A stretch of DNA of 64,000 bases from Malacoraja senta. Lineage: Eukaryota. The notes below the pieces were generated by a model. That model was not told the DNA's origin and did not search any database. It saw only the letters and a program-made list of their open reading frames with translations. Below, piece after piece: positions 1 to 14,000 of this stretch. The position numbers and the translations under genes are program-made. Every line of letters starts with the position of its first letter. Within the stretch, counting starts at the first letter, position 1. The stretch is from assembly GCA_038087875.1 (NCBI GenBank), contig CM075993.1:4962001-5026000 (forward strand), given 5' to 3'.

Positions 1-919
1 TTGGGATGGTGTCAGGAATGTTGATCTGACTTTAACGCCTCATAAAATGCAGAGAGAAAATCAGTCAAATACGTTGCATCTGATCAAGTTCTCCTTTCTC
101 CTGTTCCCTGTTCTCATATTTTTTTTGCTGTCAAATAGATAAAATGAGCACTCACAGTCTTTTTACCAGGGTAAGATTTCTAAAGCTAGAGGGTAGACAC
201 AAAATGCTGGAGTAACTCCGCGGGACAGCAGCATCTCTGGAGAGAAGGAATGGGTGACGTTTTGGGTCAAGACCTCTTCTTCAGAGTGTCTAAAGCAAGA
301 GGGCATGGACTTAATGTGAGAGGGGAGGGAATTCAGGGGAAACCTTTTCACTCAGAGGTTAGTCTGTACCTGGAATGAGCTGCCAGGGGAAGCTATAGAA
401 GTGGATGCAATTACAACTTTCAATAGACATTTGGGACGAACAGCCATGATCACAATGAATGGCGGTGCTGGCTCGAAGGGCCGAATGGCCTCCGCCTGCA
501 CCTATTTTCTCTGACAGATATATGGATAGGAAGGGTTTAGAGGGATATGGGCCAAATGCAGGTATGTAGGACTAGCCCTGAATGCCAACTTGGTCAGCAT
601 GGACAAAGTGGGCTGAAGGGCCTGTTTTTGTGCTGTACAGCCTCATGACTTCAAATGGAAACTCACTGTTCAATGTTAATAATCAGTCATGTTCATATTG
701 ACCATATTCTGGAAGGTGCCTCGGGCAAAAACAAGTGAATATTTTGGAGGAATTGATACCAATGCAGATTTACATTTAAAAAAAACAACGACTGGCTGAG
801 GCTCTTCCAACATTTTCTGTTCCTGGATATTTTGGGGAGTTGGGGATGGTATTCATGTGTCCGAAATAAATGTCGAGAAAGCTAAAGCAAAATCAAAATG
901 ACAATCTGATGACGACACC

Positions 920-1328
920 ACGCAATAACCAACTTGATCTCCCGGCAGCTCAGCACTTCAACTCCTCCTTCCATTCAAAATCCGACCTTTCTGGCCTGGG
1001 CCTCCTTCCTGGCCAGAGTGAGGCCCACCGTAAATTGGAGGAGCAGCACCTCATATTTCACTTGGGTAGTTTACACCCCAGCCATATGAAAATTGTCTTC
1101 TCTAATTTCAGGTAGTCCCTGCTTTCTCCTCCCCTTCCCAGCTCTCCCTCAGCCCACTCTTCCTTTCTTCTTCCCCCCCCCCCCCACCTTCACATCAGTC
1201 TGAAGAAGTGTCTCGACCCGAAACGTTGCCTATTTCCTTCGCTCCATAGATGCTGCCTCACTCGCTGAGTTTCTCCAGCATTTTTGTCTACCTTCGATTT
1301 TCCAGCATCTGCAGTTCCTTCTTAAACA
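920..1328 (+). mobile_element. Penelope-like retroelement 3' fragment (endonuclease C-terminus plus terminal repeat)
   Basis: RNNQLDLPAAQHFNS..HRKLEEQHLIFHLGSLHP..FSNFR* followed by the ctgaagaag..cgaaacg repeat. Confidence 0.8.
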
Positions 1329-4300
1329 TAACCACTAAATTAATTAATGGATCTGTCTGTTTTCACGCTGCCTCAGTAGTTCATTTTCTCATTTTTAATA
1401 CAGAAATTTTTAACAGCAATGTTTGGATGCTCAGCCATAAAAATCATCTTTGTCAAGTTAATCATATCTTCATCTAATGCCAGCACATACTGTAAGCTTT
1501 AAGCAAGAGCAGAGGATAATGAACAGAAGCAGCTGTTACAGCAATTACTTCAGCATCAGATAAGAGCATTTAACCCATTACAATAAAGTGACTGATTGAG
1601 GAACTAATGTTGAAGTACAGATGTATACTCATGAGATCATAAGACATAGGAACAGAATTAGGCCATTTGGCCCATCGAGTCTGCTCTACCATTCCATCGT
1701 GGCTGATCTATTTTTCCCTCAACCCCATTCTCCTGCCTTCTCCCTGTAACCTTTGACGTCCTGACTAATCGGGAACCTATCAATCTCTGCTCTAAAAATA
1801 TCCATTGACTTGGCCTCCACAGCCATCAGTAACAATGAATACCACAGATTCACCATCCTCTGGCTAAAGAAATTTTCCTCATCTCCATTCTAAAGGTACG
1901 TTCTTTTATTCTGAAGCTGTGCCCTCTGGTCCTAGACTCTCCCACCACTGGCAATATCTATCATATTGGCATATGTGTGATCGCTCACCTGTAAGAGACT
2001 GAATCTGCCCGTGTTACAGTGGTGGATGGAATAAGCCTGATTGGCGAAGTTCTCACAGAATCTTAGAATGATAGAGAAAAAAAGACAAGAGACAGCAGAT
2101 GCTGAAATCTTGAGCAAAAGAACAAACTGCTGGAGGAAGTTAGTCTGCAGCCCAGGCAGCATCTATGGAGGGAAATGCGCAGATGACGTTTTGGTTTGGG
2201 ACCCTTCTTCATACTGCAGGGAAAAAAAGTCATTCATTTGCTATTCCTGTACCAGCTCTTCAGTAGGTTTATCCATTTAATCCCAATCCTATGCTTCACA
2301 GGACCCTGGGGTTTATCTGATGTACTCATTTATTGTGCTGGTAACACAATTCTTAAATTCTACAAAGTAAGAAAGGAAAGCTTTGAATATTTTCCCGTTT
2401 CGTAATCTTACAGCATCCCAACGTGCAAATGAGGGCTACCTCTGTGCTGTATCGCTATATGACTACATAAGTCTTGACGTGTAGTCACTCTTTTAATGTG
2501 GGAAATGCAGCAATTACCTTCTATATTGCAAGCTTCCAAAAGCAATAATCTGATAATGACTAAATAGTCAGCTGGAGTGAAATTAAAGAGTTACCTTTGG
2601 CCAGGGTGACAAAGAAAAATAACTATCTGGAATTCAAACTCTTTGCCAATGAGGTATGTGTGGACAGAATTGAGTTAAGCACCATGATGAAATACTCTGC
2701 TAACACACATTGCTAAAGAGTTTGCTCCAGAATATTGGAAAGGCTGCTCAAACACCACATCAGAGCCCCTGCATTCTTTTTCTATCGTTCCAAACCAGAT
2801 TCCACCCCAGGCATTGAACCAACAATTACAGTCCAAGTGAGGAAAAGAAAAGGAAATAATGAAATGAGGGGCGGCACAGTGGCAAAGCAGTAGAGTTGCT
2901 GCCTTACAGGGGCAGAGACCCGTGTTCAATACTGACTACGGGTGCCGTCTGTACGGAGTTTCAACGTTCTGCCCGTGACTGCATGGGTTTTCTCCAGGTG
3001 CTCTGGTTTCCTCTCACACTCCAAACACGTGCAGGTTTGTAGGTTAATTGGCTTTGGTAAGAATTGTAAATTGTCCCTAGTGTGTAGGGTAGAACTATGG
3101 TGTACGGGTGATTACCAGACTCGGTGGGCCGAAGGGCCTGTTTCCATGCTGTATCTCTAAACTAAACTAAACAAAATAACAATTTCAAACAAAGGAGACT
3201 GCTAGTTCAGTTAGAGTTGTCAACTCTAAATGTCATTGTGGTGTTTTCTAATAACCTCTAACAAGAACATAGAACAGTACAGCACAGGAACAGGCCCTTC
3301 AGCCCACATTGTCCATGCTGAACATGATGCCAGAATAAACTGATCTAAAATACCTGCACATGATCTGTATCCCTCGATTGCTAGTTTTAGTTTGGAAATA
3401 TAGCGTGGACAGAGGCCCTTCGGCCCACCGAGTCTGGTAATCACCTGTACACCATTGTTCTATCCTACACACTGGGGTCAATTTACAGAGGCTAATAAAC
3501 CTACAAACCCAGATGACTTGGGGATATGGGAAGAAACTGGAGCACACGGAGAAAACCCATGCGGTCACAGGGAGAACGTGAAAACTTCACTCAGACAGCA
3601 CCCAAGGTCAGCATTGAACCGGGTCCCTAGTGCTCTGAGGCAATGGCTCTAACTCTATGTCACTGTACAGCCCTCTGCATATTCTCTGCATGTAAAATCT
3701 TCATAAATCCACTATTTTTTATGCCCTCTCTGGCAGCACATACCAGACATCCACTACCCTCTGTGTAAAAAAACTTGCTCCGCACATCTCCTTTACACTT
3801 TCACCTCTCACCTTATAGCTATTGTATTGTATATCTTTATTATCATTTCCTGAGTATTCACATACCCAGAGGAAACAAAAAAACGTTCCTCAACCAGTGT
3901 CCATTTCAGTGTGCAGTAAAAAATAAATAGAAGTAAAAATACATATATCATGAACAAATTAACACTCTACTTTCTACTAAACATCAACAGGTGTTCCGAT
4001 CGGCAGCGGCACGACAGTGGCTCTGCTGCAGTGTGTCCAGGTTGGTGGTTGGTGCACGATACTTTGGCAGGGGGCAAAGTCCGTTTATCAGTCTTATAAC
4101 CTGCGGGAAGAAGCATGTCCTATAGCTTTGATATTTCCACCCTGAGAAAAACCCTCTGATGGTCTGACTTCAGAATTACTGTCCCTCCACTGGTGGCCTC
4201 CGTATGTTCCCTTCCCATCCCAATCTGAAGAAGAACTGCAATTGGAAGAGTATGTTTGCCAGTAAAACAATCTTTGCCTCCACCAACCTCCTCTCATTTC

Positions 4301-4419
4301 CAAACCTTTGGAAAAAAAAATTATTCAGATAAAATTTTAAATATTGTTTTTCTTTGACGGTCCACATTTCTTTTGTCGGGATAGTTCGTTGGAGATGAAT
4401 CTTTAATTTGTGGAAACTG

Positions 4420-4619
4420 NNNNNNNNNNNNNNNNNNNNNNNNNNNNNNNNNNNNNNNNNNNNNNNNNNNNNNNNNNNNNNNNNNNNNNNNNNNNNNNNN
4501 NNNNNNNNNNNNNNNNNNNNNNNNNNNNNNNNNNNNNNNNNNNNNNNNNNNNNNNNNNNNNNNNNNNNNNNNNNNNNNNNNNNNNNNNNNNNNNNNNNNN
4601 NNNNNNNNNNNNNNNNNNN
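4420..4619. other. Assembly gap (200 N)
   Basis: Run of N; true size unknown. Confidence 1.
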
Positions 4620-4943
4620 TTCAGATGACGTTGATCAGATCCCAACTAGAAACTTGCAGTCTGTCTTAGACAAATTATCTCAGGAACATTGTATTGGCCT
4701 TGGATGGGGTGTGGTGCTGGGCTTTGTTTTAAATTGTGTGGATAAATTATATAATCTTAATTTGGCAGTTATTAGTTAAAACTGGCTTATGATGAATAGT
4801 TGGAAGGGGAAAAGTGAATGGGGTGAAGAGTGTGCTGCAAATACAGCTGTTTTACAAAAGTAATTTATAGCCTTGGGGTTATGTTGCTGGTGTGTTTTGT
4901 TCTTGCCCGCGCTGGAAATTATTGACGCGTTGCTCCATTGCAG

Positions 4944-5026
4944 AACCCGTGGACCAGGCAGCGGCTGCGCGGGAGTTCCGCGTGCTCCAGGCAGCGCTGC
5001 ACGCCAGCCCCGCCTACAGGGACGCG
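4944..5026 (+). CDS. UBL7: UBL7 internal exon (83 bp)
   Basis: ttgcag|AACCCGTG...GACGCG|gtaagt; EPVDQAAAAREFRVLQAALHASPAYRDA. Confidence 0.93.
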
Positions 5027-8000
5027 GTAAGTGATGTCGGGCGGATCAGTGGGCATTCTGTCCGCTGTCTTCAGACTCGAAGGCAAGATATACGATTGGA
5101 ACGTTTACAGGCATTGCCAAAACTGGCTATGTGGTTGATATCAAAGGCCAAACGTTGTGCTTTGCAGGCAGCCACAGATGGGTTGGGTGGTTGGTCGAAA
5201 ATTGGCAAATGGAATTCAATTTGAAGAAGTGGGTGGAAAACATAAAGATAATGTAGTACATAGTGAGAATGAGAAGGAAAGGAACAGTGTAGGAAGGAAC
5301 TGCAGATGCAGGTTTAAACCAAAGATAGACACAAAAAGCTGGAGTAACTCAGTGGGACATGTAGTATCTCTGGAGAAAAAGGAATGGGTGATGTTTCGGG
5401 TCGAGACCCTTCGGTCCCCAGTCCTTCTCTCCAGAGATGTTGCCTATCCCGCTGAGTTACTCCAACTTTTTGTGTCTAAGGAGAGGAACAGATGGACCCT
5501 GGAGTGTAAGTCCATAAATTCCTGAAGGATAGATAAATAAGGTGGTTCAAATGGTAAGCATATATCTGGGCCATGCCAAATCTGTATGACACTTTGCTTG
5601 GGTCTCACCTGCAGAACAATATAGAGTTCTGATCATGTCACTACAAGACAAAATGTTACTTTCAGCAGCACAACAGATATGTACACATAGTCATTAGTGT
5701 ATATACATCCAGGTCTATGTAGCTCAGAACTTATTTGGAGGTTGTAGTATTTAATAGTCTGGTTGTAGGGAAGAAGCTGCTCCTGAAACTGGACATTACA
5801 GTTTTCAGGCTCCTTTTCCACCTTTCCGATGGCAGGAGTGAAATGAGAACGTGGCCAGGTTCGTGTGGGTCTCTGTAAATGCTGGCTCAAAGCCAAGTTA
5901 ACTGTTCCTAATCAGTCCTTGCCTTTTCAGTGCATGTAGATACTGTTTCTCGGAATCCCCTCCAGCAACTTTCAATCAATTCAATAAAGCTGATACTGTA
6001 AGTTTCTAACAGTGTTAGTCTGTTCTATAATTGTTTTGAGGCAATAGTCACTGGAGGCAAAATTGAAGGAACAATGACTATTGAAACAATTTTATCGATT
6101 CATTGCAGGTTTATAAGATGTTGAGCAACAAAGAATCACTGGACCAGATTATTGTTGCAACCCCAGGACTCAGTAATGACCCCATTGCTTTAGGTGAGTT
6201 TGGATAATCTTCATTGTGCTTTACAAGTAGAAATGCTGAGAGTTGTTGAATTCACGTGCATTATTGTCACCTCAAGTCATGCAGCATCTGAATTTGTCCC
6301 TTCACCCTGTTCAATGCCATGAAATTAATTACCAACAGCGTAACTACTTGCACCGAGGATCTTCAAACAGAAAGGCCAGCACTGAAGGGTGGCACAGCTT
6401 GTAGAGCTATTGCTTCACAGCACCAGAGACCCGGGTTTGATCCTGACCTCGACTACTGTCTGTGTGGAGTTTGTACATTCTCCCAGTGACTGTGTGTTTC
6501 CTTTGGGTGATCTACTTTCCCCCCACATCCCAAAAATTTATGGGTTTGTAGGTTGTGTCCCTAGTGTGCATTTGAAAATGTGATAACATAGAACTAGGGT
6601 GGTCGCCGTGGACTGAAGGGCCTGTTTGCATGCTGTATCTCTAAACTAAACACTGCACTACCAGATTCCGAAGGCTGTAAGGATGGGTGATAACTGTGGC
6701 CAGGCTGCTGCAGATATGGGATTGGTGTTTGTCCCCATTCATTTCTCTTGTAGTCTTCCTCTTGCTTCCTTCCACTTTCCCAAGTGTGATTGTCATCCTC
6801 GTTCTGTGTTTGCATATGTTCTCTAGATGAGCTGCAATTTGGGGATTTCAGCTGAATCGCTGACATTTCCTCCCTGTGTTATTGTGGAGATTGGTATTCT
6901 TATTTGCACAGCGTGTGTAACCTCAATCACTTCAACTTCTATCCTGCATTGAGATAGTACCTTCACGTTATAGTGAGTTGTACTTTGTAGTTGAGGTATA
7001 TCCACTGCTGGTGCATTGGCAAGTGTTTGCATGCAGTAAAGGTTTCAGAAGCTCTGTTATAAAACATGTGTGTTGACATGGATGAGTTGGACCAAGTGAC
7101 CTGTTTCCATACTGTATGGGTAAACTCCCTGCCTTGCTTCAGAGTGGTGCATCAGATTCTTGAAGCACATTTGAAACGGCCTGCAGTGCAAAAGGGATTG
7201 TACCTGTCATGGAACAGGCCCTCGGTGCCATTGACATGTTTGTCCTGGGCTTACTAAAATGCAACACTCTACGCTTTTCTGACATATATTCCATCTACCA
7301 ATTATTGGCCCCCATTCCGTATTGATCTAGATCCTGTTGTGATCTTAGATAACGTTCATTGTCTACTATACCTGGGAAATTGGTCACTCAGAACCAGATG
7401 GACGGTATTGCATGCAGAACCAGGCTAGCACTTTTTGTTAACGTGACTGAGGCAAGCAGACTGAACACAGTACAATCCCACAGACTGTATCTTTGTTCCT
7501 ATATGAAAGCCTTAGAAATAGTGGGTAACTAATTCAATTGCTAGTGTTAGTAAGTGAATGAGTAAGCTCCATAAAGCTATCATCAGGTGATGGTCCCTGA
7601 AGACCAGCTCCACAGCAATATAAACCCCTTTAAACCAAGTCCATGTGTTTTATTTGATCCTTGTTAATTTTTATTTCTATACTAGGTGTACTTCAAGACA
7701 AAGATTTATTTGTTCTCTTCACTGACCCAAGCCTGTTGGACACGTAAGTGCTGATTGTAAAAATATGTAGTTTTCTTTTCCTCTGAGCTCCCATTTCAGT
7801 TATCTGAAGGAGGGTCCCGACACGAAACGTTACCCATTCTTTTTCTCCAGAGATGCTGCCTGACCCGCTGAGTTACTCCAGCACTTTGTGTCGATCTTCG
7901 GTATATGCCAGCATCTGCAGTTCCTTTCCACACTATGCTTGGGGTAATTTATACTGACCAATTGACCTACCTCTGGCATACATGGCAGCACTTGATTTGC

Positions 8001-11000
8001 AGGTACAATGAAAATCGTGCTTGCAGCAGCATCACAGCCACATTGACTTGGATAAACACAAAACAAATCATAATTATATTTCAAATTTGTAATAGAAATA
8101 AGACTGCAAGAAAAAAACGAGACATTAGTGCAAGATTATAATTATTTAAAAAACAAGTCCATGGTTGTGGGAGAGGTGGGATGTGTGTTCCATTGTCAAA
8201 GTAGAATTAAGGTTTATAGGTTGGTTCAAGAACCTGATAGTAGCTGTTCCTGAACCTGGTGATGTGGGATTTCAGGCTTCTTTGCCTCCTGCACACCCGA
8301 TGGTAACAGTGAGAAGAGGGCATGGCCCGAATGGTAGAGATCTCTGATGATAGATGATGCCGTAGCCTCATTGAGATGTTTTTGATGTAAAGGTCTGCTG
8401 TACTATAAATATGCAAGATAGACACAAAAAGCTGGAGTGAATCAGCGGGATCGCAGCATCTCTGGAGAGAAGGCATGGGTGACGTTTTGGGTCGAGACCC
8501 TTCTTCAGACAAAGTCCTGCTGAGTTACTCCAGCTTTTTGTGTCTATCTTCGGCATAAACCAGCATCTGCAGTTCCTTCCTACACTGTAAACATGCAAAC
8601 TTGCATGTCCAAACCAAAGCTTGCCTTTGGACACGAGTCCCAGATTGAGGAGCGCACACCACCGCAAGTCTATTAAGATCTGTTACAGGAGGCACCTCAT
8701 TTCTTTACTTGGCAACTCAGGAGACCACTGACCAGACTGACCGAAGGGACATCGGTGTGAGAATTTGCACATCATACAAACTCAAGAAATGAAGAGTTGC
8801 TCTAACACGTTACTGCTTTGAGTTTAATGTGTACATCATCTCCTTGGCAGGTTAATCACCTCACACCCTGCACTAGTCAATGCAATGGTGCTGGTGCTTC
8901 ACTCTGTGACTGGCACTACCCCTCCTCCAACTGCTGGCAGCAACTCGAGGAATATTCCATCTAGTTCATACAGCGAAGTGCCAGGTAAGAATTGCATCTG
9001 TACAATTAAAAATGTGATATTTATAGAGCATAGCATTTTAAATGGCACAACATTCCAAGATGTCTTGTCACCAATAAAATGAGATTTCTAGTTTTTTGGA
9101 GCTGAGAGCAAGGTCACCAAAAGAGTGCGAAGTGGGTGCTGAAAATCCCTTTGGACAGTGGGAATGCAGATTCCTAAAGATTTGCAAACCACCAAGAAGA
9201 GTTCAGACCGCGCCTTTGTGGTTGCAGCTCCTAGACTGTGGAACAGCATCCCTCTTCCCAACAGAACTGCCCCCTCCATCGACTCCTTTAAGTCGAGACT
9301 AAAAACCCATCTGTACTCCCAAGCCTTTCTTGACGCCCTCTGAGCGAGGGCTATATGTATGTAGTTTGTTTGTAAACTATATGTAAAGCACTTTGGCCAA
9401 CGAGAGTTGTTTTTTAAATGTGCTATATAAATAAATGTGACTTGACTTGACTTGACAACCAGTAAGAAAAGGCCAGTCATGGGCATTTCATTTGTTGCCC
9501 TTTTTCCTGGACATGAAAGTTTGCAGATGGGAGGGACAGTTACTAGTTTACCAATTAACCTTCATTGGAAGTCTGAAAAAGGGTCTCAACCCGAAACATC
9601 ACCGATTCCCCCTCTCCAGAGATGCTGCCGGCCCAGTTGAGTTACTCCAGCATTTTGTGTCTATCTTCATTGGATATGCAGGCTGGGTGAAGAACAGTCG
9701 CAAACGTGTTAACTCGACTTACTGCTTGCCTGGATTCATTTTTGTTTTACTACAGGTTTCCAGCACTTGTTTCCATGATCTGATACAACAGAAGGTTTAT
9801 AATAAGGGGAAAGAAATGTGTTGCTGGAAACCAAATGGTTAGCTTTGCCAGTGTCTGAACAGGGGGGGGGGGGTGGCTTTCCATTTCTGATGGGGGGGTT
9901 TTGTTCCCCTCTCCTCCTGCATGTTCCTTTTGGAATTCTAGTAGTTCTCTCTCACTATTTCTCTAATTACTATTGTGTTACATGCAACATATTATGATTG
10001 TCTGCTGGTTAAGACCGATTTACTTGCCCACTTTATCATATTATACTTGTATTTAATTCCTCCAAATGGTTATTCTGTGTTTCTAGTCTCAATGGACTTT
10101 TACTGTGTTTTATTTGCCAGTTGGAGGCTTCCCTTGCATGCAGGTTATTCTGACATTGAGATAAGCAGATCAGATTGGACTTGGTCACCGTGGAGAGAGC
10201 ATTGTGCTCCATGCCATAAATTATCTTGTTAACCCAGGAAAAAATTCAAAGCTGGCTGCACAGATTGATTCAATCCAGGCTTCTAACATTGCCTGTTCCA
10301 GTTATCTGTAAAGGCAAGGCAGCATCCAGACTTGTAGTCCGCACACATGCATAATAAGCCCACTCATTCAATTTTACCATTAAGAGTTTAATTTGTAACT
10401 CTTCCCTTCTTCCTGTTTCAGGGGGATACCTCTTTGACGGGCTGTCTGACGATGAAGATGACTTTCAGCAGGTAAGCAAAGTGTCACACTAGTCACAGAG
10501 AAAGTGCGTGTGCATGCAACATCTTCATGCAACTTGGAAATGGCTTTAACAGAGCTGCCAAGTAGTACGGATTCTCCGTATTTTGTACGGAAATGCGATT
10601 AGAATACGGATGTACGGTTTTGTGTTGTTAAATACGGATTTTAAATACGGAGTTCAGTTCAGTCTGAAGAAGGGTCTCGACCAGAAACGCTGTGGGTTCT
10701 AATTCTCTTTCTCAGTGGTAGTTGAGCCTTTGATTATTTTTCAGGCAGTGGTAGAATTCTGGATAAGCCTAGTGGTGAAAGGTTACCAGTAGGATTGCAG
10801 TTACATTGGCATTGGCCCTGATTTTACAGAATGGTGGGTGGGCTCAAGGGGGAGGGGTGGAGAGAGGGAGAGGATGGAGAGGGGAGGGAGAGAGGGAGAA
10901 GATGGGAGGGAGAGAGGGAGGAAGGGAATAAGAGAGGGAGGGAGAGAAAAAAGGAAGGAGGGAGGGTGGGTGGAGGGGGAAGGAGGGAGGGGGAGGGAGA

Positions 11001-14000
11001 GAGAGGGAGGGAGGACGAGAGGGATGGAGGGAGGGAGAGAGGGAGGAAGGAGAGAGAGAAAGGAGAGAGGGAGAGGGGGGCTTCCAAAATGGCTTCTACA
11101 TCATCATCTGGTGCTAAAAGCAGGAAGCAGCCGTTTAAACAGCAGTATGCAAAGAGATGGCAATGAATGCACTGTCAAGTAAGGTGAGTAGAAGACATGT
11201 CAATTGGTAGCAAAGTTTTGCATTCTTGTACTCTCACATGGGTATGACTGCACATAAAAAAATAACATTATTTTCAGCAAAATGGCACCGTGTAAAAATA
11301 CTGATTTCCTCAGCAAAATACTGATTTTCAGGTACTAGAATACTGAAATGCTCTGACGAAACTTGGCAGCTCTGCTTTAGGCAATTCAAATACCATCTTT
11401 TTGATGTTTAGCTATAGTTTGTTTTCCACGGTTCTGTACATTCAAATGTGTTAGGAGTAGGCAATTAAGTTTAGGAAAATGTTGCTTTATTCTGTGTGAG
11501 ATTTAACCTCGGAATTATTTAGAAGTATTTTTGGTTTAAAATTCACCAACGCAAGTACCTGCTTTGGTTAGTAGGATTAACTAGCAGTTTAAAATGAAAA
11601 AGTTCTCAGCTGTCCTTGGCAATATAAATAGACTTCTGTTTCTATTGCAGTTTTCATTACATATGGGTAACCCAAATTATATTAGTCATTTAAGTACTTC
11701 TCGAATGTAGACATGGTGTTCATAGAAAGTGGCTCCCAACTTTTTTGCAGAAATCTTTGTTGTACATCATTTGTAATAATGACTAAAGTAAGAAGGCAGA
11801 TAGTCCATTCTTGTTGCTTTTGTCGAGGGATAAATATTGGACCAGGAATCCATGCGGTTCGAATAGTCTCTAGGATCTTGCCCGAGAAAGCAGATGAGCT
11901 ATCAGTTTTATCTTGTCCTAGGGATCATGCCTCCACTGCAGCACCACCTCAGTGCTGCAGTGAATTGCCAGCCTGGAGCTTTGTGCCTGCCTCTGGAATG
12001 GGATTTGAGAGCAACCTGCTGTCTCACCCTTGACCCGCAGCCGACACCATTTCTTTTCCCAGGTCAATGGAGGGCCATCACCCCTATAAAGCCATCGCAT
12101 GGCCTTCTCATTTGCTATTTTGAACGGCTCTTTATGTTGCAAGTAATGGGACCCTGGAGCCATATAACACTCACTGTCCTGATGTACCAGTGCTTATTTT
12201 TATCTTAAACATAACAATATTTTGATCTGTTTGTAGTTGATTACTGTATATGTGGAGAATGTGTTTAAGAAGGAACTGCAGATGCTGGGAAAATCGAAGG
12301 TAGACAAAAGTGCTGGAGAAACTCAGCGGGTGCAGCAGCATCTATGGGGCGAAGGAAATAGGCAACGTTTTGGGCCGAAACCCAGAAGGGTTTCGGCCCG
12401 AAACGTTGCCTATTTCCTTCGCTCCATAGATGCTGCTGCACCCGCTGAGTTTCTCCAGCACTTTTGTCTACGTGGAGAATGTTTTTGGTTTAGCGATACA
12501 CCACTGAAACAGGCCCACCGAGTCCACGCCGACCATTGATCACTAGTTTTATGTTATTCCATTTTTGCATCCATCACACTAGCGGCAATTTACAGAGGCC
12601 AATTAACCTAGAAACCCTCAAGTCTTTGGGATGTGGGAGGAAACCAAAGCACCTGGAGGAATCCTACGCGGTCACGGGGAGAAGGTACAAACTCCACACA
12701 GAAGGCACAAGTAAAATTCTTTCTGCTTTCTTCACAGTCCCGGGCCACAGCCTCCTCGAGCAACGCCGCTGGCTCCCGTCCCGCTACACTGGGCTACAGC
12801 GGTTCTGTGGGACCTCGACCCATTACACAGAGCGAGCTGGCGACTGCCCTGGCCCTGGCCAGCACACCAGAGAGCAGTGCCGTCACCCCGACGACAGGGG
12901 CGCAGGTGTGTTGACATCCCTGGCCCAGCCGCTCCCACCCTCCTCTGCCGCCTGTTCTCAGCCACTAACTCGGCCTGTGCTTCCTCTCCCCCAGAGCACG
13001 TCGTCGAGTCTGTCTCCGGTGATGAATTCAGGCGTGCCATCGACTGCGCCCATCAGTCACGACATATTCAGTCAGGCCCTGCAGCAGGCGCTGCAAGCCT
13101 CCAATATCTCGGCACTTCAGGTAGGTGTTTCTCAGCAAAGGCCTCCAGAGTTGGCAGTGTTTGATTATCCATTGAAGAATGAAATTCGTACTTGCAACAG
13201 CTTAATAGCCCCATAATTTGTTTAAATTCAATACATTAATACCATGGTAAAAACCTTGGCACGTTCTAGCGTTATCAAAGACAGTCCGTGGAAGTTCATA
13301 GTTGAGGCTAGTGTTCTTCTTTCGTGTGGCGTGCACAGCCTAAAGTTGTAGGACAACTTGTTCTATTTGATCTTCCATTTGGCGGACCACGTGAAGGTTG
13401 CAATCTTCCACCCCGAGGCTAGTGTGTAGTATTCAAGTGCCTGATGGTTGCTGGGAAGAAGTTATTATTGAGCCTGGTGGTCATGGTTTTCAGTACTTTC
13501 TTCACAATAGTAGTAATGAAGTGAGACTGTGACTGGGGTGGTTTTTGATATTAGCTGCCTTTTTGAGGCAGCCCCTCATAGATAACCTCATAGATGCCTT
13601 TGGTGGGGAGGTCAGTACCTGTGATGGGACAGGCTGTGTCTGCCCCTTTTTGTAATCTCCTCCGTTCCTGGGTGTTTGGTTTGCCAAACCAGACTGTGAG
13701 GCAACTTTTCAGTGTGCTGTCTACTGTACATCCTCAATCTTCTAAGGAAGTAGTAGTGCCTTTGCTTAGCTTTCTTTGTGTGCAATACTGAAATTAGGAG
13801 GTTTAAGGAACTCCTGACGACTGCACCTTTGGGGGGGGGGTTGTGAGCCAAACTCACCCTGGAGGCGAGCACATCCAAAAAACCCCGCTGCAGATCTCCT
13901 CGTTGTCAAATTCAGCTCCGCTGCTTTAATTGGTAGCTGAGCAAAGTCCGCCTAGGCTGGAAGGGAATAGTGTCTGACTCTGGCCCTGTTTGCCCCCCTG

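Noticed and set aside
2302..2366. Exon-like 65-bp segment (cacag|...|gtaaga) translating DVLIYCAG..LKFY, reminiscent of UBL7 DLIYCG
   Set aside because: Lacks RKLKDD..GSTVHV, is too short, and its end phase does not fit the 4944 exon; probably chance.
12536..13216. 226-aa ORF as a standalone gene
   Set aside because: Composite of SINE, intron and one UBL7 exon.
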